Source: Octopus bimaculoides
Lineage: Eukaryota
Reading direction: 5' to 3'
Length of the DNA: 64,000 nucleotides
Assembly (NCBI RefSeq): GCF_001194135.2
Contig: NC_068993.1
Location: forward strand, 55,314,715 to 55,378,714
How positions within the stretch are numbered: position 1 is the stretch's first letter; each line of letters begins with the position of its first letter. The translations under genes were made by a program, and so were the position numbers. The notes beneath the pieces were generated by a model, which was not told the origin of the DNA, searched no databases, and was given only the letters and a program-made list of their open reading frames with translations. Below are positions 27,023 through 37,926 of the stretch, one piece after another.

Positions 27023-30000
27023 ATCTATCTATATCTATCTATCTATCTTCTTTTTTTTTTCTCGATCCCTTTTGATTGAACTCTCCCCTTTTTTTCCTTT
27101 CCTACGATCCCTTTTGATCAACCCCCCCCTTTTTTTCTCTCCTTCCCCCTCCCAAAAAGAAAAGCTCTGCATTGTATTTGTCCCCTCTGTGTAAAGCCCT
27201 GTGTGGCTAATAAAAGAAATGTATCTATCTGTCTGTCTGTCTGTCTCTATCTATCTCTCTATCTACATCATGTAATCTGATGGCTGTTGGTCACCACTTT
27301 TTCTTGTATACATTATTTTGCTTTTTTATCTTTCTGTCTACTTATGTTGTATGTTTTGTATTTTTTTTTTTTATTAGTTGGCCCAACAAATATGACCAGT
27401 GGTGGGAGTGTAAATTCTTGATGGAAGGGATTATTGATCAAGGAGGAGGTTTCCGTGATAGTCTATCAGACGTTTCTGAAGAACTGTGTCCAAGCTGTTT
27501 GGATACTCCAGTACCTCTGCCTTGCTTTATACGCTCCCCAAATCAGGTAAAAACAAGACAGATTCTCTTTGTTCTCTTGAAAATTACTCATTCTTTCCCT
27601 CAGTCTCTTCCTATCTATCTCACCATCATTATCATCATAATTTAATGTCTGTTTTCCATGCTGACATGGGTTAGCTGGTTTGACAGGAGCTGACCAGCTG
27701 AAGGGCTGTTCAGACGCCATGTTTGTTTTGGCATGGTTTCTATGGCTGGATGTCCTTCCTAGCACCAACCACTTTACAGAGTGTACTGGGTGCTTTTTAT
27801 ATGGCACCAGCACCTACAAGCCTGCCAGATTTGGGATGCTCAGCTGGGGAGGGTTGTGAGGTATGAGCCTGTATGCAAGGGCAGCCATGATTTTACTTAG
27901 CTTGACATGCCTTTTCAAGCACAGCAAACTGCCAGGAGTCTTGATCTATTTTTCTCACTGATTCTCTATCTACCTGGACAGATTAGTCAACTCTCTCTCT
28001 TTCTCTCTCTATTTGTTGTCTCTCTAGTTCATCTTCCCGTTATGCAGATACAGTACTGATTTTCCAGGACCTTTGGTGCCAAAACCTTTCTAGTTAACTG
28101 ATTTTTTTTCCAAAAACCAGGGATGGTCACCTTTGCCAACATACTCTAAATTAAACAAATGTTAGATCTGGTCTCTCACACCTACCTTACAATGTCATTC
28201 TAAAATAAACTATCACATCCTCAAAATCTCAAAGCTATGAGATAATGCATGATTAATTCAAACCAACGTGAATAAAAAAACTTATTTGACTGGATGCTTA
28301 AAGGTCAAACAAGTTGTCAATCTGTTACCTGTAACGTTATGGAGCAACTAGGTGAAGTGAGGCCATGTAGACTAAAGTATTCTAACAACAAAATACCAGC
28401 AATATATTTGACTCCCTGGTCCATCGAACATCATACAATGTTTTATTACAAAAACTATTACACTCAGCCTGTCCACTTGACCACCCCATATCAAATAAAC
28501 TCCAAATATATGTGCTAAACTAATGTCAGTATTTCTGTTGAATCATTGATCCAGGTACATGAAGACTCGAATGTCAACCGTGATGCATACATACCCAATC
28601 CTTCCTGTACATGGTTCGCTGAATATGAATGGATTGGTCAGCTGATGGGAGCTTGTTTCCGCAGTAAAGAAAATTTAGTAAGAAGTATTGTTCTCTTCCT
28701 ATTTATTACTTTTTTTTTTAAAATTTAAACTTCATTCTTGTGGGGTTTTCCCTCTTTTCCTTCTTCCTTTGTTTTTATTTTTTTCTCCTTTGTTCATCAG
28801 AAAATATATTTGAGTCAATTTTTAGAACTTCTTTGGTAATCACATGACTTTCTTTTTTGTTTTTTTAACAGTAGCCAATTAGGGAGCTTTTGTGTAAGTT
28901 GTGTAATCTGTAATACAACAGCCAATAAAAACTAGCAGGACATGTTCTAGATCCTACATGAAGGACAAAACTTAAGGGGTAGTTACAGGCTTCTACATGT
29001 AGCTGTGGAAGTATGGAAAGTGGGGAGAAGAGAGAGAGAGACTGCTCTAAATAACTCTAAGAGAGGAACCAGCTGATGATGGTGACAATTATAGGATCAC
29101 AAGGAATATGAAGTATATGAAAGCATGGAAATCAATTTGCATGTTGGTTGGCGTTAGGAAGGGCATCCAGCTGTAGAAACTCAGATTTAGCCTGGTGTAG
29201 CCATCTGGTTTCACCAGTCCTCTGTCAAATCGTCCAACCCATGCTAGCATGGAAAGCGGACGTTTAAACGACGACGATGACGACGGCATATGTTGGATGA
29301 ATTTTCATGAACTGAGTAAGCACCAATTCTGGTGCTCTCCGATGAATGGCAATCATGTCTTGTGCATAGATTCCATTTAGCATGTTCACTTTTTTTAGTG
29401 AACCGTCCAAGCACTTATGAAATTATTTCATGTGTATTGTTGCTGTTGCATGGTTAGATCGTTGGCATCTAAACTGGCAACTTCACCAAGTTGGCTTGGT
29501 GAGGAGGGTTTTTTTGGGACACCCTGTGGGGGCCATCCAATAGTGTGTATATAGAAGGGTTAACTTCAGTGATGAAAAATCCCTGAGCCAGGGTTACGAT
29601 GAAGTCATGGGGAGCAGCATGGCGGATGTGAAGTTGGACATTTTGATCTTCATTTGATGTATGATCTTCATTCGGCAAAATTACATGACACAATCTGGGG
29701 AGAAGAGCCTCTTTAGCCAATGGTCAGTCTAGTGCCAACCAATCCAATTACAAGGTTACTGTCAGTTGAGAGAACTGGCGATTCAACAACTCACTTTGTC
29801 AACTTGGAAACCTTATGGAGTTCTGGCACCTCACAGTGTCACTGATTGAAGTTGGATGATTAGTAGCAGTAGTAGTAGAGTCATTCTCTTATGCACCTGA
29901 CTCATATGCTGGCATGGGTTGGACAGTTTGACAGGAGCTGGTCAAGCAGAAGACTGCACCAGGCCTCAGCGCCTGTTTTGGCATGGTTTCTTACAGCTGG

Positions 30001-32452
30001 TTCACTGCTGCATTTTCTAATATAACTATTGTGTTATTGCTACATGTTCTAATGTAATTGCTAATTCATTACCTCATGTACCGACATAACTGTTCATTGC
30101 TGTTTCTATTAATATAATTTTTAATGCATTGCTACATGTGCCAAGTTGGTTACTAATTCATTGCTGCTTGTAATCATCGTCATCGTCATCTTAATGTCCA
30201 CTTTCCCATGCTGGCATGGTTCAGATGAAAACAAATTTTAGTTACCTTACAAAGGTATTTAATTATAATTTGAACTTTTGTTTTGATCTCTTCTGATTTT
30301 TATGCTTCAAAGTAGAGTACTTAGCCACTTGCACGTTAATTTCACAAGCAAGTTGTTTGATTGATTAGGAACACTTATTGTGATAACCGGTGGAGTGCCA
30401 GTTACGTTGTGTGGTGAAAGTAGCATAGCCAGATGATTCACAAATTTGCTTCACTACCACAAGTTCCCTGGTTCTTCAGGAGTAAGGAATCTTTTACAAA
30501 AGCATTGGGTCGACCGATATCTTGAAAGTAAAAGTGAGTTGACAGACAGCACGTGGCAGCCCATTGAATGGATTGTCCAGGCTTGTTGCACATTCTCTCA
30601 CTGATTCTGTCTGTGGGGTTCTCAGTCATACTGTTTATCATGCTAATTCAGTGAACAGTTACCTCAGTTGATTGATCAACTGAATATTTATTGTTAAAAC
30701 CCAGAGGAGGGAAACTATTCACTATTGTGTGGTCACCTCAGATCAGACTGTGATGTGGGGCCTTGAGCCTGACCCTTGCTGTGGCCACTTTGTATCTGAT
30801 TATGCTGTGGTGACTTCAAGTCTGACTATAGTGCATTAACTTCAAATGTAATAGTGATGTGCTGTCAATATAACCATTGTTGTGAAACATACCAGTAGAT
30901 TGCTAACCTAACCATAACTATATATCTTTTCAGGTGCTGTCTTTAGCCCCGTTTGTATGGAAACAGCTGTCGGGTGAAAATCTCAGTTGGGCCCAAGACT
31001 TTGCTACAGTCGATGCTGCTGAGGTATGGTATTTGTTATTTTTGAAATCTAGTCTGTATTGTTCATAACCCCATCCACCTTCTTCGAGTTTCTTGTTAGT
31101 TTCTGCTTGTTTGTCAAGCCTGCTAAAAATAACAGCCAGACTTTTCTAAAAATTTCAGTCTTAAAGAAGAAAAGACATATTGTGTATGTGTGTGTGTGTG
31201 AAGGCACATGGCTCAGTGGTTAGAGCATCGAGCTTACAATTGTGGGGTTGTGAGTTCAATTCCTGGACTGGGCTGCGTGTTGTGTTCTTGAGCAAGACAC
31301 TTTATTTCACATTGTTCCAGTTCACTCAGCTGTAGAAATGAGTTGTGACATCACAGGTGCCAAGCTGTATTGGCCCCTTTGCCTTTCCCTTGAATAGTGT
31401 CCTCTGCTATAGCCTCAGACCGACCAAAGCTTTGTAATTGAATTTGCTAGGCGGGAGTTACCATCATGTGTGTAAGTGCCACCGACATGGGGAGCCAGTC
31501 AGGCAGCACTGGTAACGACCCACGCATGGATGGTGCTTAATGCGTGCCACCAGCACAGGAGCAACTCAGGCGGCACCGGGATCGGCCACAACTACAATTT
31601 CCATTTGATTTGATTTGATTTGATTTTTGAATAAAAATAAAATTCTGTTTAGTCTTCCTGTGCTTTGTTTTTTCTTAATTGTGTTGTTGTTCTACATTCT
31701 ACTCCAGGTAAAATTACTGGAGACCTTAGTCAATTTAGATGAACATAAATTTCTACCTGAGAACCGGTTATGGAGTACAACGTTGAGTGATGGCACTGAA
31801 GTCCACTTACGTCTGGACGAAGATGGTAACCCGCGGCGACTTAAATATGATGAAAGAAGAGACTACTGTGCTGAGGTGAAGAAGATTCGGATGTCTGAAA
31901 GCTCAAAACAGGTATGGACATTACTCAGTAGGTCACTGGTCATAAGACACAGTGTTGTTCATTAACCATGTTCCTTGCATCCCTCTCCAGCTGAGTGTTC
32001 CTAATCTTGCAGGCTCATGGCTGTTGGTGTCATATAAAAAGCACCCATACCAGTGCCATGTAAAAGCACTCATGTCAGTGCTGCATGAAAGCACCCAGTG
32101 CACTCTGTAAAGTGGTTGACATTAGGAAGAGTATCCAGCTACAGAAACCATGCCAAAACAAACATGGATCCCAGGCAGCTCTTCAGCTGGTCAGCTCCCA
32201 TCATACCATCCAACCCATGCCAGTGTGGAAAATGGATGTTAATTGATGTTGATGATAATACCAACCTGCCCAAGACCACCCCTTGCTTCTGTGATACAAA
32301 CTTCCTGTTTAAAAATGATATCCTTGTTGCCTTGTTTTGATTTTAATTACCTTATTTTGAAATTGTATGGATAATACCGTACTAAATTCTGGTGCCTAAA
32401 TTAAGCACCCTATTCATCTGAACCTAAATTTTTGTGGTTGTGGGTTAAGTAG

Positions 32453-32507
<55 letters not shown>

Positions 32508-33057
32508 GATGGTGATGTCTGAGATTGTCGGTTAAGTTGTGTCTATTGCATTTTGCTGCAATATTTCAGGTCGCTGCCATTCGCAAAGGGTTGTTACAAG
32601 TGATTCCAGAAGATGTTCTTCGACTCACCACATGGCAGGAACTTGAGAAGCGGGTATGTGGCGAGGCTGAGATTACTGTGGAGGCTTTACAGAAAAGTGG
32701 TGAGTTCTATCTACTACCATGACGGTCTGGATCTATGGCAAGACTAATACGTATACCATATTTTCCTGCATACAAGTCAATGTAGTGTTTAGTGTAAAAA
32801 TGTAGTGCAAATATTCAAACATTTCCACTATCTTTTCAAATTCTGTTGCATTTCACATGGAATTTTCCATCTTCCAAAATTGTCTTTGTGTATGAGCCAA
32901 CCTACCTTTTTTTGAGGGGCTGAAAATTTGGTCTGCAAAATTCAATTTATATGCTGGAAAATATGGTAATGATAATGTGTCTGTATTGCTGTGGAGTGTT
33001 ATGTAGATTGTGTGTGTGTGTACTTCTGATGATTATAATGTCAGATAAGTTACCATG

Positions 33058-33110
<53 letters not shown>

Positions 33111-34460
33111 AGGGACGTGCCACCAAGGTAGGCAGTGCCTGCCTTGAATAAAATAAAATCGTTAGCAACATTTTCCTTTTATGGCAAAATATGCACCTAA
33201 TTCAATAAAATTATGAAAGTTATTCTGATTACTATGCATAAAATGCAAAATATTTTATTTTTTGTGTGTTTTACTACATAAAAGTCACCAACTGCCTACC
33301 CTGAGTAATTACTGTTAGCACATGCCTAGGATATATATAGGTGCAGGCGTGTTTGTGTGGTAAGAAGCTTTTTTCTGCCACTGTTCTGATCTCATTCCAG
33401 CTTCTCCACCCTTTTCATCTCCTACCCTTATCAATGGTCCATCACTAAATGGTTTTAGGATACCCTGCAGCTCTTTTCCCCTTGGGCTACCACTTTAGTG
33501 CCACCATACAATCGCTTTCTCGATCTTGTCTGAGGACATGTCTGATCCAATTCCAGTGTCTGTGTCTAAGATAAGTGTGTGTAGACATTTACATTTTGTC
33601 TGTAAATAAGGTGATGAGCTGGCAAAGTACCAGTTGAGTACTAGGGTCAATATAATCGACTTATCACCTCCTCTGAAATTGCTGGCCTTGTGCCAAAACT
33701 TGAAAACCCATTATGTTTGTAAATATAATTACTATATGCATATGTAGTCTCTTGTGGAGGCGCAATGGTCCAGGTGTTAGGGCAGCGGACTCATGCTCAT
33801 AGGATCGCGGTTTCGATTCCCAGACCGGGCGTTGTGAGTGTTTATTGAGTGAAAACACCTAAAGCTCCACGAAGCTCCGGCAGGGGATGGTGGCGAACCC
33901 TGCTGTACTCTTTCACCACAACTTTCTCTCACTCTTACTTCCTGTTTCTGTTGTGCCTGTAATTCAAAGGGTCAGCCTTTTCACACTGTGTCACGCTGAA
34001 TATCCCCGAGAACTTTGTTAAGGGTACACATGTCTGTGGAGTGCTCAGCCACTTGCACATTAATTTCACAAGCAGGCTGTTCCGTTGATCGGATCAACTG
34101 GAACCCTCGTTGTCGTAACCGACGGAGTGCCAACTATGTAGTCTCTTATATCATGTCTAATGTAAATATCCTTTCTACATCTATACATGTGTGTAAATAT
34201 TTTTCTTGGCCATCTGTCTGTACATATGCATGCATAAAATTTATTTAGGCATAGATGTGTCTGTCTGTGTGTCTATTTTATATTGTTGTCTGCTTCCAGT
34301 CCATCTTGTAGATTTGGAGCCTAATGACTTACAAGTGAAGCACTTCTGGGAAGCTGTTAAGAATTTTTCCAATGAAGACCGAAGTCGACTACTGCGTTTT
34401 GTTACTGGAAGACGGCGCCTCCCTGCTCCCATTTACCTTTCTTCTGCTAAACCGTAAGTG

Positions 34461-34495
<35 letters not shown>

Positions 34496-35376
34496 GTACA
34501 TATATGATGGGAATCTTGTAGTTTCCATCTCAGTAATTTCACTCACAAGTTATTGACCAGCCTGCAGCTTTAGTAGAAGGCACCAGCTGATAGTATCTCA
34601 GCAGTAGGCATGAACAACCAAGCGCCTGGTTTGAAAGTAAAATTTCTTAAGCGCATAACCTATCTACATATATCATCATCATCATCATCATCAAATGTCC
34701 ATTTTCCATGCTGGCATGGGTTGGACAGTTTAACTGAAGCTGGCCAGGCTCCAATTGTCTGTTGTGGCATGGTTTCTATGGCTGGATGCCCTTTTTTTAA
34801 TGCCAACCACTTTATGTACAGGGTACTTTTTATGTGATAACAGCACCAGTGCTTTACACGTGGACTGGCATGGGTGCTCTTCAAGGCAAAAACCTTACTT
34901 TTATATATATATAAAAGTAAGCACATGTGTAGAACAAGTTGGAAAAAATAATACTGAATATTAAAAGTAAAGTAAACCTTCTCTGACTGTTATTCAGTTT
35001 CATATAACCAGTCGTTAGACACTTGTGATAATGAGAGACCCCTTTGGTCGTGAATGACCATGGGATTGTGCCTAGAAAGTTCCCCTCTGAGGCACATGTC
35101 TGGGCAAGGTTGTTTATGGAAGACCACCAGTCGTCCATGCATACCAGCCTCCCCTTTCCATGCCACCAATGTTATCCAAGGGAAAGGTAAAGGGGCCGAT
35201 ACTGCTTGGCACCAGTGACATTGCAACTCATTTCTACAGCTGAGTGAACTAGAGCAAGAACACAACACAGGGCCCAGTCCAAGAATTGAACTCACTAGCT
35301 CATAATTGTATGCCTGATGCTCTAATCACTAAGCCATGAACCTTCACTTGTGATAATCCAGACTAATGTGTGTGTG

Positions 35377-35412
<36 letters not shown>

Positions 35413-36042
35413 TCTGCAGCTTGAATCAATGCTGAGTAACAATATTTAAAAAACTTTTTGTATTTTATCATGTTTTATTTCTTTATTTTTTTTGTCTTTT
35501 AGTGAAGTGGACAACGTCCTTCCTGAGTCATCAACCTGTGGTAACATGTTATTTATGCCCAGATATTCAAGGTTTGTACACCTTTGCTCTCGCTTGTTCA
35601 CCCTTTCTTCCTACTTGTTGTACACTCTACCCTTATAGTAAGTTGGTTTTGCCCTGTTAACCCTGCTTGTATAAATTATTTTATAGGGGCCCAGGTGGAG
35701 GGTAGTAGACAAAGAGGCCCAGGTGGAGGGTAGCAAAGGGGCCTAGGTGGAGGGTAGCAGACAAAGGTCCCAGGTGGAGGGTAGCAAAGGGGCCTAGGTG
35801 GAGGGTAGCAGACAAAGGTCCCAGGTGGAGGGTAGCAGACATTTCTTTGACTGAACATATAGAGTCAAGAGTGTGAGTGTGTGCGTGATTAAAATAATGG
35901 TGCTTTTAAGATTCCAATATTCATTTACTCTGTTCTACCATTTTTCTCTCACTACAGTGCCAAGATTGCCGAAGAGAAGCTTCAGTATGCTGCCTATAAC
36001 TGTATTGCTATCGACACAGATGTCAGTCCTTGGGAAGATTAA
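12076..36042 (+). CDS. HECTD3: HECTD3-like E3 ubiquitin ligase (DOC/APC10 + HECT), 17 visible exons, 5'-partial
   Basis: Hand-spliced exons total 2214 nt (737 aa + stop) with consistent phases and GT-AG sites. Peptides match HECTD3 as I recall it: [76 protein letters not shown] (catalytic Cys), [21 protein letters not shown]. Confidence 0.95.
12603..12818 (+). mobile_element. SINE family B copy, partial
   Basis: High similarity to 33754-33985 with small deletions; a 3' half of a related element lies at ~13870-14083. Confidence 0.88.
16589..16820 (+). CDS. HECTD3: HECTD3 exon ([13 protein letters not shown]...[13 protein letters not shown])
   Basis: ttattcag / gtaagt; matches WEQVVD..WTYECDEDL..YVESIDVSS. 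Confidence 0.93.
17973..18160. repeat. Diverged ~47-bp tandem repeat, 4 units
   Basis: GATAA(C/A)A-type starts at 17973, 18020, 18068 and 18115, each with TAA(C/T)TATA. Confidence 0.8.
18695..18810 (+). CDS. HECTD3: HECTD3 exon, DOC domain ([38 protein letters not shown])
   Basis: gtttcag / gtaagt; DOC/APC10 TYWES-GSQ motif. Confidence 0.95.
19325..19545 (-). mobile_element. SINE family A copy
   Basis: Reverse-strand consensus. Other minus copies at ~14134-14260, 19930-20070, 50790-50970 and 59543-59720. Confidence 0.85.
21248..21361 (+). CDS. HECTD3: HECTD3 exon, DOC domain ([37 protein letters not shown])
   Basis: tttacag / gtgagt; 114 nt, symmetric phase 2-2. Confidence 0.92.
21577..21808 (+). 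mobile_element. tRNA-derived SINE family A (Deu/Nin-like central domain)
   Basis: A-box TGGCAGAATCG, B-box GAGTTCAAAC, core GAGGTCAACTTTGCCTTTCA..CTTTC.GGG..GAT.AAATAAGTACCAG. The domain name is from memory and needs checking. Confidence 0.8.
21885..21965 (+). ncRNA. Degenerate minimal hammerhead-like motif
   Basis: AGCT-CTGATGA-(54 nt including a CACT/AGTG stem)-GAAAC-AGCT-GAG-AGCT; cleavage triplet is GAG rather than GUH. Confidence 0.4.
22864..22946 (+). CDS. HECTD3: HECTD3 exon ([27 protein letters not shown])
   Basis: ccattacag / gtaaat; matches DVCVLEDMTVHLPIIEIRI; phases fit both neighbours. Confidence 0.9.
23269..23473. mobile_element. piggyBac-type MITE with TTAA TSD
   Basis: TTAA|CCCTTTAGTATT...AATGCTAAAGGG|TTAA (TSDs 23265-23268 and 23474-23477). 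Confidence 0.85.
23843..24008 (+). CDS. HECTD3: HECTD3 exon ([18 protein letters not shown]...[20 protein letters not shown])
   Basis: ctttcag / gtaagc; matches DGIDVRLRGVKIKSS..YPRLE. Confidence 0.95.
24498..24750 (+). mobile_element. RTE 3'UTR fragment abutting a truncated piggyBac-type MITE
   Basis: Same 3'UTR and tail as 7753-8442. Further copies at ~3190-3400(+), 4770-4940(+), 10078-10260(-), 11625-11810(+), 29150-29285(+), 32020-32260(+), 34672-34880(-), 39225-39420(+), 41425-41545(-), 48030-48240(-). Confidence 0.8.
24819..24900 (+). CDS. HECTD3: HECTD3 exon ([27 protein letters not shown])
   Basis: ctttcag / gtaatt; matches FIKILDSVLHHLVPAW. Confidence 0.92.
25063..25139 (+). CDS. 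HECTD3: HECTD3 exon ([25 protein letters not shown])
   Basis: gtttcag / gtaagt; matches VKQFLLLSRQRP. Confidence 0.88.
25215..25630. repeat. (CT)n-rich polypyrimidine microsatellite filling most of an intron
   Basis: Directly visible; explains spurious ORFs 25206-25797. Confidence 0.9.
25669..25827 (+). CDS. HECTD3: HECTD3 exon ([22 protein letters not shown]...[16 protein letters not shown])
   Basis: ttttgcag / gttcgt (weak donor); strong peptide match. Confidence 0.93.
25896..26187 (-). mobile_element. SINE family D copy, head-truncated
   Basis: Collinear with 6749-6990. Confidence 0.8.
27378..27546 (+). CDS. HECTD3: HECTD3 exon, HECT start ([13 protein letters not shown]...RSPNQ)
   Basis: T-tract ttattag / gtaaaa; near-identical to the HECTD3 motif. 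Confidence 0.96.
27620..27950 (-). mobile_element. RTE-type LINE 3' end (second subfamily)
   Basis: Minus strand [17 protein letters not shown] plus the shared 3'UTR and (GAT)n tail. Confidence 0.7.
28555..28677 (+). CDS. HECTD3: HECTD3 exon ([18 protein letters not shown]...[18 protein letters not shown])
   Basis: gatccag / gtaaga; 123 nt, phase 0-0. Confidence 0.95.
30934..31023 (+). CDS. HECTD3: HECTD3 exon ([30 protein letters not shown])
   Basis: cttttcag / gtatgg; matches [17 protein letters not shown]. Confidence 0.95.
31200..31392 (+). mobile_element. tRNA-derived SINE family C (GTGTTCTTGAGCAAGACACTT core)
   Basis: A/B boxes plus core motif. Inverted copy at 35177-35344; related heads at 47155-47405(+), 54140-54352(-) and 56027-56327(+). 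Confidence 0.8.
31708..31911 (+). CDS. HECTD3: HECTD3 exon ([14 protein letters not shown]...STTLSDG...RMSESSKQ)
   Basis: actccag / gtatgg; 204 nt, phase 0-0. Confidence 0.92.
32570..32699 (+). CDS. HECTD3: HECTD3 exon ([43 protein letters not shown])
   Basis: atttcag / gtgagt; HECT motif. Confidence 0.96.
33110..33329. mobile_element. Possible hAT-like MITE inside a (TA)n tract
   Basis: Imperfect terminal inversion plus inverted subterminal GGTAGGCAGT / ACTGCCTACC. Confidence 0.35.
33754..34134 (+). mobile_element. Full-length young tRNA-derived SINE (family B) with 13-bp TSD
   Basis: Pol III A-box and B-box (GTTTCGATTCC); perfect TSD TATGTAGTCTCTT at 33741-33753 and 34135-34147; CpGs retained. 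Confidence 0.92.
34300..34453 (+). CDS. HECTD3: HECTD3 exon, HECT C-lobe (HLVDLEP...[27 protein letters not shown])
   Basis: cttccag / gtaagt; canonical FW..L.FVTG HECT motif. Confidence 0.96.
35030..35344 (-). mobile_element. SINE family C copy with internal deletion
   Basis: Reverse complement aligns to 31200-31392 except for a ~24-nt deletion. Confidence 0.8.
35503..35571 (+). CDS. HECTD3: HECTD3 exon with catalytic Cys ([22 protein letters not shown])
   Basis: T-rich tract tcttttag / gtttgt; LPESSTC. Confidence 0.95.
35687..35840. repeat. G-rich minisatellite, alternating 24/27-bp units, in the last HECTD3 intron
   Basis: Core AGGTGGAGGGTAG at 35693, 35721, 35745, 35772, 35796 and 35823 (spacings 28, 24, 27, 24, 27). 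Confidence 0.95.
35958..36042 (+). CDS. HECTD3: HECTD3 terminal coding exon ([27 protein letters not shown])
   Basis: actacag acceptor; TAA at 36040-36042; matches the HECTD3 C-terminus. Confidence 0.96.
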
Positions 36043-36241
36043 CTCACTTTGTTCTACACCACAGCCACCGCCTCCCTTTCTTTCCAGTGTGTGTGTGTTG
36101 GTGGAGTTGAGGCTTGCTTGCCTCCACATCACCACCTTCATGCACTGTTCACCCCAATTTTCACAGCTGCTTACTCAGATAATGGCCAGAGAGAACTGGA
36201 TCTTTTCTTTGATATGTTTTATCATATATATNNNNNNNNNN

Positions 36242-36250
36242 TATATATAT

Positions 36251-36282
<32 letters not shown>

Positions 36283-36510
36283 GTATATGTATATATATTT
36301 ATATATGTATATGTATATATATTTATATATGTATATGTATATATATTTATATATGTATATATATATATTTATATTTGTACAGTAAATGTATATATGGCTA
36401 CATACTAGATATATGTGTGTTTATATGGTGAATATGTATGCGTGTAAGATATGTAATGTGTTTATGTATGTATGTGTGTATGTAAATATATATATGTACA
36501 TATGTATGTA

Positions 36511-36600
<90 letters not shown>
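36242..36600. repeat. Compound (TA)n/(TATG) microsatellite with a 24-bp higher-order unit, presumed 3'UTR
   Basis: ATATATGTATATGTATATATATTT repeated about 4-5 times, then a long (TA)n. Confidence 0.85.
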
Positions 36601-36601
<1 letters not shown>

Positions 36602-37645
36602 CATTGAAAACAAATTTTAAAAATGGTGATAAATGTGTAGTAAACCTATGATACAGTCTCAGTAAAGATATCTATAAATCTATATATGTGTTTCTTATGA
36701 TTCAATGAACAGATCCATAACCAATTTCTCTATTAAATGCTGATCTTTTCTAAAGTTTTATATATTTCAACTGTATCGTTAAGCAATTGTATTTAGAAAA
36801 TTAAGAGCAACTAATTTTGTTCTTTCATTGATTTTCTCCAGTTTTCCAAAGTTACTGTCTTGCAGTCAGGGACAGAACCATATAATCAGGCTGTAAGATA
36901 GCTAACAAATAACTTTCAGAGTGCTAGTGTATGTCAGGATTAATGTGACATAACTCAGTAAGCCAATGATTATAGGTTCAAAACCTTGTACTGGTTGTAG
37001 AATATGTAACTGCTTACTTTTAGGACACTTCTCAAAGTATTGCTATGTAGACCGATGGTCATAGGTAAAAATTGAAACCTTATTGCCTGGACATCTGACA
37101 TCCATATCAGTTAGACAACCAATTTTCATATCAGAAAACATGTTTTTTGTTTTCTAATTCACATAACGATATCTTCTCAGTTACCTGAAGATTTTTTACC
37201 TGGAGTCTTCCACCAATATTCCTTGTGATTTTTCATTTAATCGCCAGGCTTAAAGCAATATTTCTAACAAAAGCATCAGCTACTCAAGACATTGGTAATT
37301 AGTTATAACTCTCTGTCTTATTAATTGCTGGTTCTCTGGTTTCGTTGTCTCTTTAGCTAAAATCTAACATATTTTTACCTGTTGTTTGTGATGTATTAAA
37401 TCTTCCTCACCAACTTGATATATTCAATGCATAGTATCACAAGCTGCTGGTTAGAAAGAGATTTTCTCCTCTATTTTGCTGTCTCATGAGTGCTTTAGTG
37501 TTTATCTCTCTAACTGCTGTATCCACACTGTACATAAATATTAAGCTAGGCCTGGTCTGTAGTGTTACTGTTACACACACATACATACAAATATATTTAT
37601 TTGGGTGTGTATGTGTGTATATATATATATATATACACACACACA

Positions 37646-37877
37646 CAGGATGAGTCAAAAGTAGTGCCCAATTCCTGTTGTAGGGTTGTATGACTTTCCA
37701 ATTGTGAGGTGCTTTTGACTCACAACTCTTGTTTAACAGGTTGGGATATCAAAGAGTATCAACAACATGGTACACGATCCAGATTTAGTAACTTTCAAAA
37801 CTGTCAGTAAATACCTGCAAAGCAACAAAGAAAGGCATGACTTCCCAGAAACTGGGCACTACTTTTGACTCACCATG
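37646..37877. mobile_element. Tc1/mariner-type MITE (232 bp)
   Basis: TIRs CAGGATGAGTCAAAAGTAGTGCCCAATT and AACTGGGCACTACTTTTGACTCACCATG; TA at the right flank. Confidence 0.8.
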
Positions 37878-37879
37878 TA

Positions 37880-37926
<47 letters not shown>

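Noticed and set aside
29290-29530. Single Tc1-like TIR (TTTTGGGACACCCTGT at ~29512-29528)
   Set aside because: No partner TIR or convincing transposase peptide found.
33754-33830. tRNA-like heads here and at 10740, 12603, 31200, 56027
   Set aside because: They have A/B boxes but continue into SINE bodies with no convincing cloverleaf; not tRNA genes.
35676-35858. Pro-rich repeat ORF (CYPPP)n
   Set aside because: Antisense reading of the minisatellite; open only because the units are multiples of 3.
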